This document shows positions 1-12,862 of a stretch of 64,000 nt of DNA, piece after piece (the stretch's first letter is position 1; each line of letters opens with the position of its first letter). Under the pieces are notes generated by a model. That model searched no databases. It saw only the letters and a list, made by a program, of their open reading frames with translations, and was not told the origin of the DNA. The translations under genes and the position numbers were made by a program. This DNA comes from Centroscyllium fabricii. Its lineage: Eukaryota. The stretch is taken from contig JBNRSN020000013.1 of the NCBI GenBank assembly GCA_051313645.2, positions 558,001-622,000 of the forward strand. The letters run 5' to 3'.

Positions 1-43
1 TGTTTGCGCCGAGTGCAAAACCCAATTTTTCCGGCCAGACACG

Positions 44-1096
44 GTGCACATCATCAAGGCCACCCTCCCCTTTGAACGTCTCAGCGTGGACTTCAAAGGC
101 CCCCTCCCCACCACCGACCGCAACTCATACTTCCTCACGGTCGTAGATGAGTTCTCCCGCTTCCCCTTCGCCTTCCCCTGCGCAGATATGACGAGCGCAA
201 CGGTGATAAAACACTTCACCACGCTGTTCGCCATTTTCAGTCTCCCCAGCTACATCCATAGCGACCGGGGGTCATCGTTCATGAGCGATGAACTGCGTCA
301 GTTTCTGCTCCAGAAAGGGGTTGCCACGAGCAGAACGACCAGTTACAACCCCCGGGGGAACGGCCAGGTAGAAAGGGAGAATGGGATCATCTGGAAGGCG
401 GTCACCCTGGCTCTGAAGTCCAGAGGCCTTCCAGTGGCCCATTGGCAGGCAGTCCTCCCAGACGCGCTGCATTCTATACGCTCTCTCCTGTGTACGGCCA
501 CTAATGCCACCCCTCATGATTTGACTTTTGCTTTTCCCAGGAAGTCGACTTCGGGGACAGCTCTTCCTCCATGGCTCACGACACCGGGGCCGGTCTTCCT
601 TAGGAGACACGTCCGTGGCCACAAGACCGACCCCCTGGTGGACAAGGTGCAGCTCCTGCATGCGAACCTGCAATACGCGTTTGTACAGTTCCCGGACGGG
701 CGCGAGGACACCGTATCTATCAGGGACCTGGCGCCCGCAGGAAGCATCGCAGCAGAGCCCCTGGTCGGCCTGCAGCCCGCCCAGCCACAGTATCCAGAAC
801 ACCCCCTACACCTACGATGGCCTCCGAGGTTTCCAGAGCCCCAGCCGTGGCCAGCCCAAGACCAGCACTCCGATAGCTCGGACCATCTGAGACCATCACC
901 ATCCGAAACCACGGCACCAGAGCCGCTGTCACCACCAACGGACTCGAGCAGCACGGACCACGAAGAACCATCACCGGAACTCCAGCGGTCCTCCAGGCTG
1001 ACACAACCGCCGGACAAACTGATATTGAACTGCTCAGTCCATTCACCCCCCCCGGACTTAAAATTTTCAAGAAGGGGTGAATGTGGTAACCCATAA
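44..1096 (+). CDS. Gypsy/Ty3 retrotransposon integrase, C-terminal part of pol (continues off the left edge of the window)
   Basis: DDE core motifs SVDFKGPL, HSDRGSSF and NGQVER, followed by a Pro/Ser-rich tail. The reading frame is open upstream to the window edge. Confidence 0.92.
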   Translation: MHIIKATLPFERLSVDFKGPLPTTDRNSYFLTVVDEFSRFPFAFPCADMTSATVIKHFTTLFAIFSLPSYIHSDRGSSFMSDELRQFLLQKGVATSRTTSYNPRGNGQVERENGIIWKAVTLALKSRGLPVAHWQAVLPDALHSIRSLLCTATNATPHDLTFAFPRKSTSGTALPPWLTTPGPVFLRRHVRGHKTDPLVDKVQLLHANLQYAFVQFPDGREDTVSIRDLAPAGSIAAEPLVGLQPAQPQYPEHPLHLRWPPRFPEPQPWPAQDQHSDSSDHLRPSPSETTAPEPLSPPTDSSSTDHEEPSPELQRSSRLTQPPDKLILNCSVHSPPPDLKFSRRGECGNP

Positions 1097-1356
1097 TATG
1101 TATATGTACCACTCCATTATTGTTGCCAACAATTGGCTGTGTGTGATACACAGCCTGTAACACTGTCGTGGAGCCAGGTCAGCCACACCTCTAACTCCTC
1201 CCCCAGGTGAGGCCTTTATAGGTGAGGACTGACCGAGGCTCCCTCATTCTGTTCTGATGTTCGTTCGGAGGGTAGCTCCAAAGTAAGTTATTAATAGCCT
1301 ATAGTTACGGTAACTACTCGTCCAGTCTTTTATTAAGAGATATTGACGATACGTCA
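1082..1356 (+). mobile_element. 3' LTR of the left-edge Gypsy element
   Basis: Purine tract AAGAAGGGGTGAA directly precedes TGTGGTAAC. The LTR ends ...ATTGACGATACGTCA where Penelope sequence begins. Its ends resemble the solo LTR at 53196-53456. Confidence 0.75.
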
Positions 1357-1713
1357 ACGTTTCGGGTTGGGACCCTTTATCAAAACTAAAGCTGGGGAAT
1401 GAAACACAAGCAGGAAGGCAGGGGAAGGTGGGAGGGAACAATGAAGACAGCACAAAGAGAAAAGACTTGGAGTGGTATTCAAAATAGACGAGATACTGTG
1501 GACAGGAGACAGTTGTTGATTTGGTGTGAAAAACACTGGCATAACGGGAGGTGGCTGCCACGATGGAGAAAAGAAAGGCCAAATAAACATTGTGGATAAA
1601 AAGAGGTAAAAAATATAATGGGGACCAGTTATGATCTGAAATTGTTGAACTCGATATGGAGTCCGGAGGGCTATAAAGTGCCTAATCGGAAGATGAGGTG
1701 TTGTTCCTCGGGT

Positions 1714-3810
1714 TTATGTTGAGCTTCTGAGGAACAATGTATAGGCCAAGGACAGAGAGATCAGAGTGGGAGTGAAGCAGAGAATTAAAGTGACAGGCTT
1801 GAGGTCCCCCTTGCGGACAGAACGGAGGTGTTCCACAAAGCGGTCACCCAATCTGCGTTTGGTCTCCCCAATGTAGAGGAGACCGCATAGTGAGCAGCGA
1901 ATACAGTATACTAGATTGCAAGAAGTACAAGTAAATCGCTGTTTGACCTGGAAGGGGTGTTTGGGGCCCTGGACAGGGGGTAGATGTAATGGCAGGTGTT
2001 GCATCTCCTGCGATTGCACAGAAAGGTGCCGGGTGAAGGGGAAGGGGTGCTGGAGGTGATGGAAGAGTGGACTAGGGTGTCGCGGAGGGAGCAATCCCTA
2101 CGGAATGCTGAAAGTGGGGGGGCGGAGGGGAAGATGCATTTGGTGGTGGGATCACGTTGGAGGTGGCGGAAATGGCGGAGGATGATCCGTTGAATGTGGA
2201 GGCTGGTGGGGTGAAAGGTGAGGACAAGGGGAACCCTATAGTGGTTGCGGGAGGGAGGGGCAGGGGTGAGGGCAGAAGTGTGGGAGATAGAACGGACCCG
2301 GTCAAGGGCCATGTCAACCACGGTAGAGGGGAATCCTCGGTTGAGGAAAACGGAAGACATATTGGAAGCACTGGTGTAGAAGGTGGCATCGTCGGAGCAG
2401 ATGTGGCCGAGACGGAGAAACTAGGAGAATGGAATAGAGTCCTTACAGGGGGCGGGGTGGGAGGAAGTGTAGTCCAGGTAGCTGTGGGAGTCAGCAGGCT
2501 TGTAGTGAATGTTGGTCAATAACCTATCCCCAGAGATGGAGACGGAGAAGTCGAGGAAGGGAAGGGAAGATTCAGAGATAGACCATGTGAAGGTGAGGGA
2601 AGAGTGGAAATTGGAGGCAAAGCGAATGAACTTATCTAGTTCAGGGCAAGAGCAGGAAATGGCACCGATAGTCATCGATGTATCGGAAAAAGAGGTGAGG
2701 GAGGGGACCCGAGTAGGACTGGAACAAAGAGTGTTCCACATATCCCACGAAAAGGCAGGCATAGCTAAGACCCATGCGGGTACCCATAGCAACACCTTTG
2801 ATTTGGAGGAATTGAGTGGAGTCAAAGGAGTTGTTCAAAGTGAGAACAAGTTCAGCCAGGCAGAGGAGGGTGGTGGTGGATGGGGACTGGTTGGGCCTCT
2901 GTTCAAGGAAGAAGCGGAGCGCCCTCAGGCCATCCTGGTGGGGGATGGAGGTGCAGAGGGATTGTACGTCCATGGTGAAAAGGAGGCGGTTGGGGCCGGG
3001 AAACTGAAAACTGTTAAAGTGGCGGAGGCCGTCCGAAGAGTGGCGGATGTAGGTAAGAAGAGACTGGACAAGGGGAGAAAAGATAGAGTCGAGATAGGAA
3101 GAGATAGTTCTGTGGGGCAAGAACAGGCTGAAACAATGGGTCTACCAGGGTAGCCCGGTTTGTGGATCTTGGGAAGGAGGTAGAAGCGGGCTGTGCGGGG
3201 TTGGGGAACTATGAGGTTGGTGGCCGTGGGGGGAAGATCTCCAGAGGAGATGAGGTCAGTGACGGTCTTGGTGGCTTGATGTTCGGTATTGGGGTCATGG
3301 TCCAGGTGGAGGTAGGAGGAGGTGTCGGAGAGTTGGTATTCAGCATCCGGTAGGTAGAGGTCGGTTCTCCAAACAACAACAGCACCACCCTTGTCAGCAG
3401 GTTTGATGACAATGTCGGGGTTGGATCAGAGGGAATGGAGTGCTGCAAGTTCAGAGGGAGGTAGGTTGGAGTGAGTGAGGGGAGCAGAGAAATGGAGACG
3501 GCTGATGTCGCGGCGGCAGTTAGCGATGAAAAGATCTAGAGAGGGTAAGAGGCCGGGGGAGGGGTCCAAGTGGAATGAGAATTTTGAAAGCGGCAGAAAG
3601 GGTCAGCCGTGTGAGGGGAAGACTCCTGGTCAAAGAAGTGGGCACGGAGACGAAGGCAGCAGAAAAAGAGCTCAGCATCGTGCCGAGCTCGAAATTCATT
3701 GAGGTGGGGGCGTAAGGCGATGAAGCTCAGGCCTTTGCTGAGGACTGATCGTTTGGGGTCAGAGAGGGGAAGGTCAGAGGGGATGGTGAAGACGTGGCAG
3801 GGGGTGAGTC
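1714..3810 (-). pseudogene. PLE reverse transcriptase plus GIY-YIG endonuclease, frameshifted
   Basis: RT motifs FTMDVQSL, KGVAMGTRMG and FRYIDD; endonuclease motif NLVYCIRCSLCGLLYIGETKRRLGDRFVEH. Split over several frames. Confidence 0.93.
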
Positions 3811-4059
3811 TGTAATGGTCGGGGTGCGGGGCCCAAATGCAATGACACTGAGAGAACGGTCTAGATCCTAAATCCTTTAATATACAAACATGTTATAAAA
3901 AAGACATACATATCGAAACACTAGTCTTTACTAAAGACAGGCACAAACTTAACAGAGATTATTAAAACCCTCAAGACACACATAATAGAGTATCTAAAAT
4001 ACAGAAAGGGCCTAATAATAAGAGGTAGTGAAAAGTCCAAATAATGAAGGCAGATGATG

Positions 4060-4512
4060 CAACAATGTCCTGACCTCCGGAACACTCAACCTAGAGTATC
4101 CCTATCTATGGTCTTTAGGTGGTCATCCTCAGAAACTCCAGAACACCCAGTTAGGAGCGTCCAGGATATAAAAAGGGCCTCATTGCCGCGGGAAAGAAAT
4201 ATGATTACAACAATGTCCTGACCTCTGGAAAACTCAACTAAGAGTATCCCTATCTATGGTCTTTCGGTGGTCATCCTCAGAACTTCCAGAACTCAACCAA
4301 GAGCAAACCGGATATCCAAAGGGCCTCATTGCCGCAGGAAAGAAATATGATTACAACAATGTCCTGACCTCTGGAACACTCAACTAAGAGTATCCCTATC
4401 TATGGTCTTTTGGTGGTCATCCTCAGAACTTCCAGAACTCAACCAAGAGCAAACCGGATATCCAAAGGGCCTCATTGCCGTAGGAATGAAATATGATTGC
4501 AACAATGTCCTG
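4060..4512. repeat. 146-bp tandem repeat, about 3 copies
   Basis: GGGCCTCATTGCCG at 4175, 4321 and 4467. Confidence 0.85.
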
Positions 4513-5532
4513 AATGATGACAACTGTATTTCTCTCAAGTCCACTCCACAGCTAGTCTCACTCTAGCCGCTACAGCTAGTCTCACTCTAGCCGAGTTTCC
4601 CAAAGAGAAAACGTCCTCCACAAGGCTGGGGAAAGCCCAAACCCATAGCCTCTCCAGAAGCTCAGAATCGCAACCACTTCTTCCAGTAGTTTGAAGAAAG
4701 TCTAATGAAGTAATATTGGAAAGTCCAAACCTGATACAGGTGATGAAGCACAGTGTCCAGAAAGCAATGGAACTCTCCCAGGGTCCGCACAACAGCAGGA
4801 ACCCATCTCTCCCGGAGTCTTCAGAAGGAGGAAATCCAAAACCCAGCTCACTGTCTTCCACAGAAACTGCCAAGTGTTACTTGCTCCCTTGCTTGAATGA
4901 AGAGCTCTCAAGGATCCAGCAACAGTCTGGTCAAAACCTCTAGCTTATAAGCCAAACCGGCAAGCAGATAATTTGGTGTTAACCAACCAGCTGCAGGCAC
5001 TGACAACTAGAACACACAGGAATGAGAACAACTAATTGAGGTATTTCTTTTAATATACCAACATGTTTAGCATACATGTATTTATACAAAAAAAACCATA
5101 ACACATTGAAACACAAGTCTTACCTGAAAACAGGCACAACCTTAACAGAAATTATTGAAACCTTTAAGACACACATAATCGAGTATCTAACATACAAAAA
5201 GGACCTATTAATCAGTGCTCTCTCTGGGCCACAGTGCTCTCTCTGGGCCTCAATGCTCACGCTGGGCCTGTCTCCAGGCCTCAGTACTGTCTCTGGGCCT
5301 CTGTGCTGTCTCTGGGCATTTGCTGTTTCTGGGCCTCTACAAGAATCCATAACACATTGAAACACAAGTTTTACCTGAATACAGGCATAAATTTAACAGA
5401 AATTATTGAAACCTTTAAGACACACATAATCGAGTATCTAACATACAAAAGGGACCTATTAATCAGTGCTCTCTCTGGGCCTCAATGCTCCCACCGGGCC
5501 CCAGGGGCTTCGCTGGGCCTCATTTACTGAGA

Positions 5533-5830
5533 CTCAGCGCAGTGCTCTCCCTGGGCCCCAGTGCTCTCTTCCGGATCCCAATGCTCCCACCGGGCCCCAG
5601 GGGCTTCGCCTCTCAGCGCAGTGCTCTCCCTGGGCCCCAATGCTCTCTTCCGGGCCCCAATGCTCCCACCGGGCCCCAGGGGCTTCGCCTCTCAGCGCAG
5701 TGCTCTCCCTGGGCCCCAATGCTCTCTTCCGAGCCTCAATGCTCCCACCGGGCCCCAGGGGCTTCGCCTCTCAGCGCAGTGCTCTCCCTGGGCCCCAATG
5801 CTCTCTTCCGAGCCTCAATGCTCCGCTGGG
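5533..5830. repeat. 79-bp GC-rich minisatellite (4 starts here, 2 at 7350-7490, 4 at 9086-9380), built from ~19-21 bp subrepeats
   Basis: CTCAGCGCAGTGCTCTCC at 5533, 5612, 5691 and 5770. Confidence 0.9.
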
Positions 5831-8800
5831 CTTCAGTGCTCCCGCTGAACAAGACACATATACTAAAATATCTAACATACAAAAAAGGTTCTCTGGGCCT
5901 CAGTGCTCTCCCTGGGCCTCAATGCTCTCTTCCGGGCTCTTAGTGCTCCCGCTGGGCCTCAGTGCTCCCGCTGGGCTTTCGCTGGGCCTCAGCGCTCCCA
6001 CTGCCCCCCAGTGCTCTCGCTGGGCCCCAGTGCTCTCGCTGGGCCCCAGCACTTCTCGCCGGGCCCCAGTACCCCTCTCTGGGACTCAGCGCTGCCTCTG
6101 GGACCCAGTACTGTCTCTGGGACCCAGTACTGACCCTGGGACTCAGTGCTGTCACTGAGACTCAGCGCCATCCCCGGGCCTCTTTTCTACAAAAATCCAT
6201 AACACATTGAAACACAAATCATCACTGAAGACGGTCACAACCAAAAAATAAAAGATAGTGAATAGTCCAATAAATGAAGGCAGATGATGCACCAATGTCC
6301 TGACTCCTGGGACACCCAAGTGGCTGGATCCTCATCTATGGTCCTTGGGTGCTCATCCTCAGAACCTCCAGAACTCAACCAAGAGCAAACCGGATATCCA
6401 AAGGACCGCATTGTCGTCAGGAAAGAAATATGATAGCAACAATGTCCTTTCGGTGGCCATCCTCCGAACTTCCAGAACTCAACCAAGAGCAAACCGGATA
6501 TCCAAAGGGCCTCATTGTCACTTGAAAGAAGTAAGCAAAGTCCATGAAGTAATATTGAAAGTCCAAACCTGAAACAGGTGATGAAGCACAGTGTCCAGAA
6601 AGCAATGGAACTCTCCCAGGGTCCGCACAACAGCAGGAACCCATCTCTCCCGGAGTCTTCAGAAGGAGGGAATCCAAAACCCAGCTCACTGTCTTTCACA
6701 GAAACTACCAAGTGTTACTTGCTCCCTTGCTTGAATGAAGAGCTCTCAAGGATCCAGCAACAGTCTGGTCAAAACCTCTAGCTTATAAGCCAAACCGGCA
6801 AGCAGATAATTTGGTGTTAACCAACCAGCTGCAGGCACTGACAACTAGAACACACAGGAATGAGAACAACTAATTGAGGTATTTCTTTTAATATACCAAC
6901 ATGTTTAGCATTCATGTATTTATACAAAAAACCATAACACATTGAAACACAAGTCTTACCTGAAAACAGGCACAACCATAACAGAAATTATTGAAACCTT
7001 TAAGACACACATAATCGAGTATCTAACATACAAAAAGGACCTATTAATCAGTGCTCTCTCTGGGCCTCAATGCTCACGCTGGGCCTGTCTCCAGGCCTCA
7101 GTACTGTCTCTGGGCCTCTGTGCTGTCTCTGGGCATTTGCTGTTTCTGGGCCTCTACAACAATCCATAACACATTGAACCACAAGTTTTTCCTGAATACA
7201 GGCATAAATTTAACAGAAATTATTGAAACCTTTAAGACACACATAATCGAGTATCTAACATACAAAAAGGACCTATTAATCAGTGCTCTCTCTGGGCCTC
7301 AATGCTCCCACCGGGCCCCAGGGGCTTCGCTGGGCCTCATTTACTGAGACTCAGCGCAGTGCTCTCCCTGGGCCCCAATGCTCTCTTCCGGATCCCAATG
7401 CTCCCACCGGGCCCCAGGGGCTTCGCCTCTCAGCGCAGTGCTCTCCCTGGGCCCCAATACTCTCTTCCGAGCCTCAATGCTCCCGCTGGGCTTCGGTGCT
7501 CCCGCTGAGCAAGACACATATACTAAAATATCTAACATACAAAAAAGGTTCTCTGGGCCTCAGTGCTCTCCCCGGGCCTCAATGCTCTCTTCCGGGCTCT
7601 TAGTGCTCCCGCTGGGCCTCAGTGCTCCCGCTGGGCTTTCGCTGGGCCTCAGCGCTCCCACTGCCCCCCAGTGCTCTCGCTGGGCCCCAGTGCTCTCGCT
7701 GGGCCCCAGCACTTCTCGCCGGGCCCCAGTACCCCTCTCTGGGACTCAGTGCTGCCTCTGGGACCCAGTACTGTCTCTGGGACCCAGTACTGACCATGGG
7801 ACTCAGTGCTGTCACTGAGACTCAGCGCCATCCCCGGGCCTCTTTTCTACAAAACTCCATAACACATTGAAACACAAATCATCACTAAAGACGGTCACAA
7901 CCAAAAAATAAAAGATAGTGAATAGTCCAATAAATGAAGGCAGATGATGCACCAATGTCCTGACTCCTGGGACACCCAAGTGGCTGGATCCTCATCTATG
8001 GTCCTTGGGTGCTCATCCTCAGAAACTCCAGAACTCAACCAAGAGCACACCGGATATCCAAAGGACCGCATCGTCATCAGGAAAGAAATATGATAGCAAC
8101 AATGTCCTTTCGGTGGCCATCCTCCGAACTTCCAGAACTCAACCAAGAGCAAACCGGATATCCAAAGGGCCTCATTGTCACTTGAAAAGAAGTTAGCAAA
8201 GTCCATGAAGTAATATTGAAAGTCCAAACCTGAAACAGGCGATGAAGCACAGTGTCCAGAATTTAGGGTATAGAAACCCTCCAGAGTCCACTCATCCACT
8301 GGAACTCACACTTCCAGAGTCTTGATCAACAGGAACTCACACTTCCAGAGTCTTCTGAGGAGGGAATCCAAAACCCAGCACACTGTCTTCCACTGAAACT
8401 GCCAAGTGTTACATTGCACCCATGCTTGAATGAAGAGCTCCCTTGCTTGAATGAAGAGCTCTCAAGGATCCAGCAACAGTCTGGTCAAAACCTCTAGCTT
8501 ATAAGCCAAACCGGCAAGCAGATAATTTGGTGTTAACCAACCAGCTGCAGGCACTGACAACTAGAACACACAGGAATGAGAACAACTAATTGAGGTATTT
8601 CTTTTAATATACCAACATGTTTAGCATACATGTATTTATACAAAAAAACCATAACACATTGAAACACAAGTCTTACCTGAAAACAGGCACAACCTTAACA
8701 GAAATTATTGAAACCTTTAAGACACACATAATCGAGTATCTAACATACAAAAAGGACCTATTAATCAGTGCTCTCTCTGGGCCACAGTGCTCTCTCTGGG

Positions 8801-11060
8801 CCTCAATGCTCACGCTGGGCCTGTCTCCAGGCCTCAGTACTGTCTCTGGGCCTCTGTGCTGTCTCTGGGCATTTGCTGTTTCTGGGCCTCTACAAGAATC
8901 CATAACACATTGAACCACAAGTTTTACCTAAATACAGGCATAAATTTAACAGAAATTATTGAAACCTTTAAGACACACATAATTGAGTATCTAACATACA
9001 AAAAGGACCTATTAATCAGTGCTCTCTCTGGGCCTCAATGCTCCCACCGGGCCCCAGGGGCTTCGCTGGGCCTCATTTACTGAGACTCAGCGCAGTGCTC
9101 TCCCTGGGCCCCAATGCTCTCTTCCGGATCCCAATGCTCCCACCGGGCCCCAGGGGCTTCGCCTCTCAGCGCAGTGCTCTCCTTGGGCCCCAATGCTCTC
9201 TTCCGGGCCCCAATGCTCCCACCGGGCCCCAGGGGCTTCGCCTCTCAGCGCAGTGCTCTCCCTGGGCCCCAATGCTCTCTTCCGAGCCTCAATGCTCCCA
9301 CCGGGCCCCAGGGGCTTCGCCTCTCAGCGCAGTGCTCTCCCTGGGCCCCAATACTCTCTTCCGAGCCTCAATGCTCCCGCTGGGCTTCAGTGCTCCCGCT
9401 GTACAAGACACATATACTAAAATATCTAACATACAAAAAAGGTTCTCTGGGCCTCAGTGCTCTCCCTGGGCCTCAATGCTCTCTTCCGGGCTCTTAGTGC
9501 TCCCGCTGGGCCTCAGTGCTCCCGCTGGGCTTTCGCTGGGCCTCAGCGCTCCCACTGCCCCCCAGTGCTCTCGCTGGGCCCCAGTGCTCTCGCTGGGCCC
9601 CAGCACTTCTCGCCGGGCCCCAGTACCCCTCTCTGGGACTCAGTGCTGCCTCTGGGACCCAGTACTGTCTCTGGGACCCAGTACTGACCCTGGGACTCAG
9701 TGCTGTCACTGAGACTCAGCGCCATCCCCGGGCCTCTTCTACAAAAATCCATAACACATTGAAACACAAATCATCACTAAAGACGGTCACAACCAAAAAA
9801 TAAAAGATAGTGAATAGTCCAATAAATGAAGGCAGATGATGCACCAATGTCCTGACTCCTGGGACACCCAAGTGGCTGGATCCTCATCTATGGTCCTTGG
9901 GTGCTCATCCTCAGAAACTCCAGAACTCAACCAAGAGCACACCGGATATCCAAAGGACCGCATCGTCATCAGGAAAGAAATATGACAGCAACAATGTCCT
10001 TTCGGTGGCCATCCTCCGAACTTCCAGAACTCAACCAAGAGCAAACCGGATATCCAAAGGGCCTCATTGTCACTTGAAAAGAAGTTAGCAAAGTCCATGA
10101 AGTAATATTGAAAGTCCAAACCTGAAACAGGCGATGAAGCACAGTGTCCAGAATTTAGGGTATAGAAACCCTCCAGAGTCCACTCATCCACTGGAACTCA
10201 CACTTCCAGAGTCTTGATCAACAGGAACTCACACTTCCAGAGTCTTCTGAGGATGGAATCCAAAACCCAGCACACTGTCTTCCACTGAAACTACCAAGTG
10301 TTACATTGCACCCATGCTTGAATGAAGAGCTCCCTTGCTTGAATGAAGAGCTCTCAAGGATCCAGCAACAGTCTGGTCAAAACCTCTAGCTTATAAGCCA
10401 AACCGGCAAGCAGATAATTTGGTGTTAACCAACCAGCTGCAGGCACTGACAACTAGAACACACAGGAATGAGAACAACTAATTGAGGTACAATTTAACAA
10501 TACTAAAGAACAAAACCAAGATACAAAGATGGATACCTTAAAGGGGTATGCACCTTAAAGGGGTATGCCAACTGTGACAGAGATTGGGAGAAGGGGGGTC
10601 AGAGGAAAGTGAAGGGGAAGAAGGTTCCGGAGGGGTGTTGGTGTTCAAGAGTTGATGAAGCTTGCAATCCTTGACATCGGAAAGGAAGAAAAAAAGTTTT
10701 TTGTTGAAGCGTCGGATGAGTCGAAGGATGAAATGGAGCTGTGGACCCGGACAGCTTTGAGATAGAGTGTGATGAAGAGAGAGGTTGAGTGTGTTCATGT
10801 GGCGCCGCATGGCGTTGAGCGTGGATCTCAAGATGCGGCGAGAGCAGTAGTTCGAGGAACAATGAATATCCTGGAGATATTTGTAATCCTGGGTGGATCC
10901 AAAACATGAAGGGTGGAAGTTTAGTTGGAATCCACATGGTATAAGTCGGAACCGGAGACAGTTGCTGAGGGAAATGATGTGGCTGTGAAACCGAGTCTTG
11001 GCAGATACCTGATCATACATGAGAAGAGAAACTGAAAGCAATGAAGATGAACAAGCTTGA

Positions 11061-11768
11061 ACATAAGAACATAAGAAATAGGAGCAGGAGCAGGCCAATC
11101 GGCCCCTCGAGCCCGCTCTGCCAGTCAACAAGATCATGGCTGATCTGATCCTAACCTCAATTTTATTTTTACTCTCCATCCCACCCAAACCCATGTGATC
11201 ACCCGGGAGAGGCGAAAAACCAGATAAAAAACCCAGTGGCCAATTTAGGAGAAAAAATCTGGGATTTTCCTCTCCAACCCATCTAGGCGATCGAAAACTG
11301 GTCCAGGAGATCACATTGCCGATCTGAACCTAGCCTCACGTCCACTTACCTGCCCGCTCACCATAATCCCTAATTCCCTTTACTTCCAGGAAACTGTCTA
11401 TCTCTGTTTTAAATTTATTCAATGTAGTAGCTCCCACAGCTCTCTGGGGCAGCAAATTCCACAGACCCACCACCCTCTGAGTGAAGAAGTTTCTCCTCAT
11501 CTCAGTTTTGAAATGGCAGCCCCTTATTTTAAGATTATGCCCCCTAGTCCTAGTTTCACCCACCATTGGGAACATCCTCACCGCATCCACCCAATCAAGC
11601 CCTCTCACAATCTTATATGTTTCAATAAGATCGCCTCTCATTCTTCTGAACTCCAATGAGTAGAGGCCCAATCTGCTCAACCTCTCGTCATATGTCAGCC
11701 CCCTCATCCCCGGAATTAACCTAGTGAACCTTCTTTGCACTGCCTCGAGAGCAAGTATGTCCTTTCTT
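11061..11768 (-). mobile_element. CR1-clade LINE, 5'-truncated
   Basis: RKDILALEAVQRRFTRLIPG...NFFTQRVV C-terminus, CR1 3' stem-loop and (TTCTTATG)n tail. Confidence 0.9.
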
Positions 11769-12026
11769 AAAGAGACAAACGGAGATCTTGTCGAAGGGAA
11801 GAGCAGAACTTCTTCAAGGTAGGCATTCCTAGACGAGGTGTGGCAGTGAACCAAATGCTAGTATGATAGCAAAATACTGCAGATGCTGGAAATCTGAAAT
11901 AACAACAGAAAATGCTGGAAAAACTCAGCAGGCCAGGCAGCATCGGTGGAGAGAAATATAGAGTCGACATTTCGGGTTGGGACCCTTTATCAAAACTAAA
12001 GCTGGGGAATGAAACAAGCAGGAAGC

Positions 12027-12862
12027 TCGAAACTCAAAAGGTTAGTATGCAGGTGCAGCAAGTAATTAAGAAGGCCAATGGAATGTTGGCTTTCATTGCT
12101 AGGGGGATAGAATATAAAAATAGGGAGGTATTGCTTCAGTTGTACAAGGTATTGGTGAGACCGCACCTGGAATACTGCATACAGTTTTGGTGTCCATACT
12201 TAAGAAAGGACATACTCGCTCTCGAGTCAGTACAAAGAAGGTTCACTCGGTTAATCCCAGGGATGAGGGGTTGAACATATGAGGAGAGGTTGAGTAGATT
12301 GGGACTCTACTCATTGGAGTTCAGAAGAATGAGGGGAGATCTTATTGAAACATATAAGATTGTGAAGGGGTTGGATCGGGTGGATGCTGAGAAGATGTTC
12401 CCAATGATGGGTGAAACTAGAACTAGGGGGCATAAACTTAGAACAAGGGGCTGCTCTTTCAAAACTGAGATGAGGAGAAACTACTTCACTCAGAGGGTGG
12501 TAGGTCCATGGAACATGCCGCCCCAAAACGCTGTAGAAGCTACATCATTACATAAATTTAAAACAGAAATAGACAGTTTCCTAGTAATAAAAGGAATTAA
12601 AGGTTACGGGGAGCGGGCAGGAATTTGGACATGAGTCTAGGTTCAGATCAGTCATGGCCCTGTGGGTAGTGGAGCGGGCCCAGGGACGGTGTAGCCTGAT
12701 CCTGCTCCTATTTTGGGTGTCGAATTCTGTTAGATGCAGGAGATGCTTCTGTGATAGTAGGTTGGTTGTTAGGATCAGATCAGCCATGATCTTATTGAAT
12801 GGCGGGGCGGGCTCAAGGGGCCGATTGGCCTACTCCTGTTCCTATTTCTTATGTTCTTATGT
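12027..12862 (+). mobile_element. CR1-clade LINE, 5'-truncated, inserted into the PLE terminal repeat
   Basis: [12 protein letters not shown]...RGDLIETYKI, with the CR1 tail at 12770-12862. Confidence 0.9.

Larger units (their letters stand above)
3811..10579 (-). repeat. 6.8 kb insertion of ~4 tandem LTR-like units (periods 1838, 1716 and 1892 bp) bounded by TGT...ACA
   Basis: Anchor CTAGCTTATAAGCC recurs with TTATAA at 4945, 6783, 8499 and 10391. The block starts TGTAATGG and ends CTGTGACA. The flanks rejoin into PLE coding sequence. Confidence 0.85.

Noticed and set aside
5200-9720. CRISPR-like look of the short GC-rich repeats and their many overlapping ORFs
   Set aside because: No unique spacers and no cas genes, in a eukaryotic context. 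The 79-bp period is not a multiple of 3, so the ORFs are repeat by-products.
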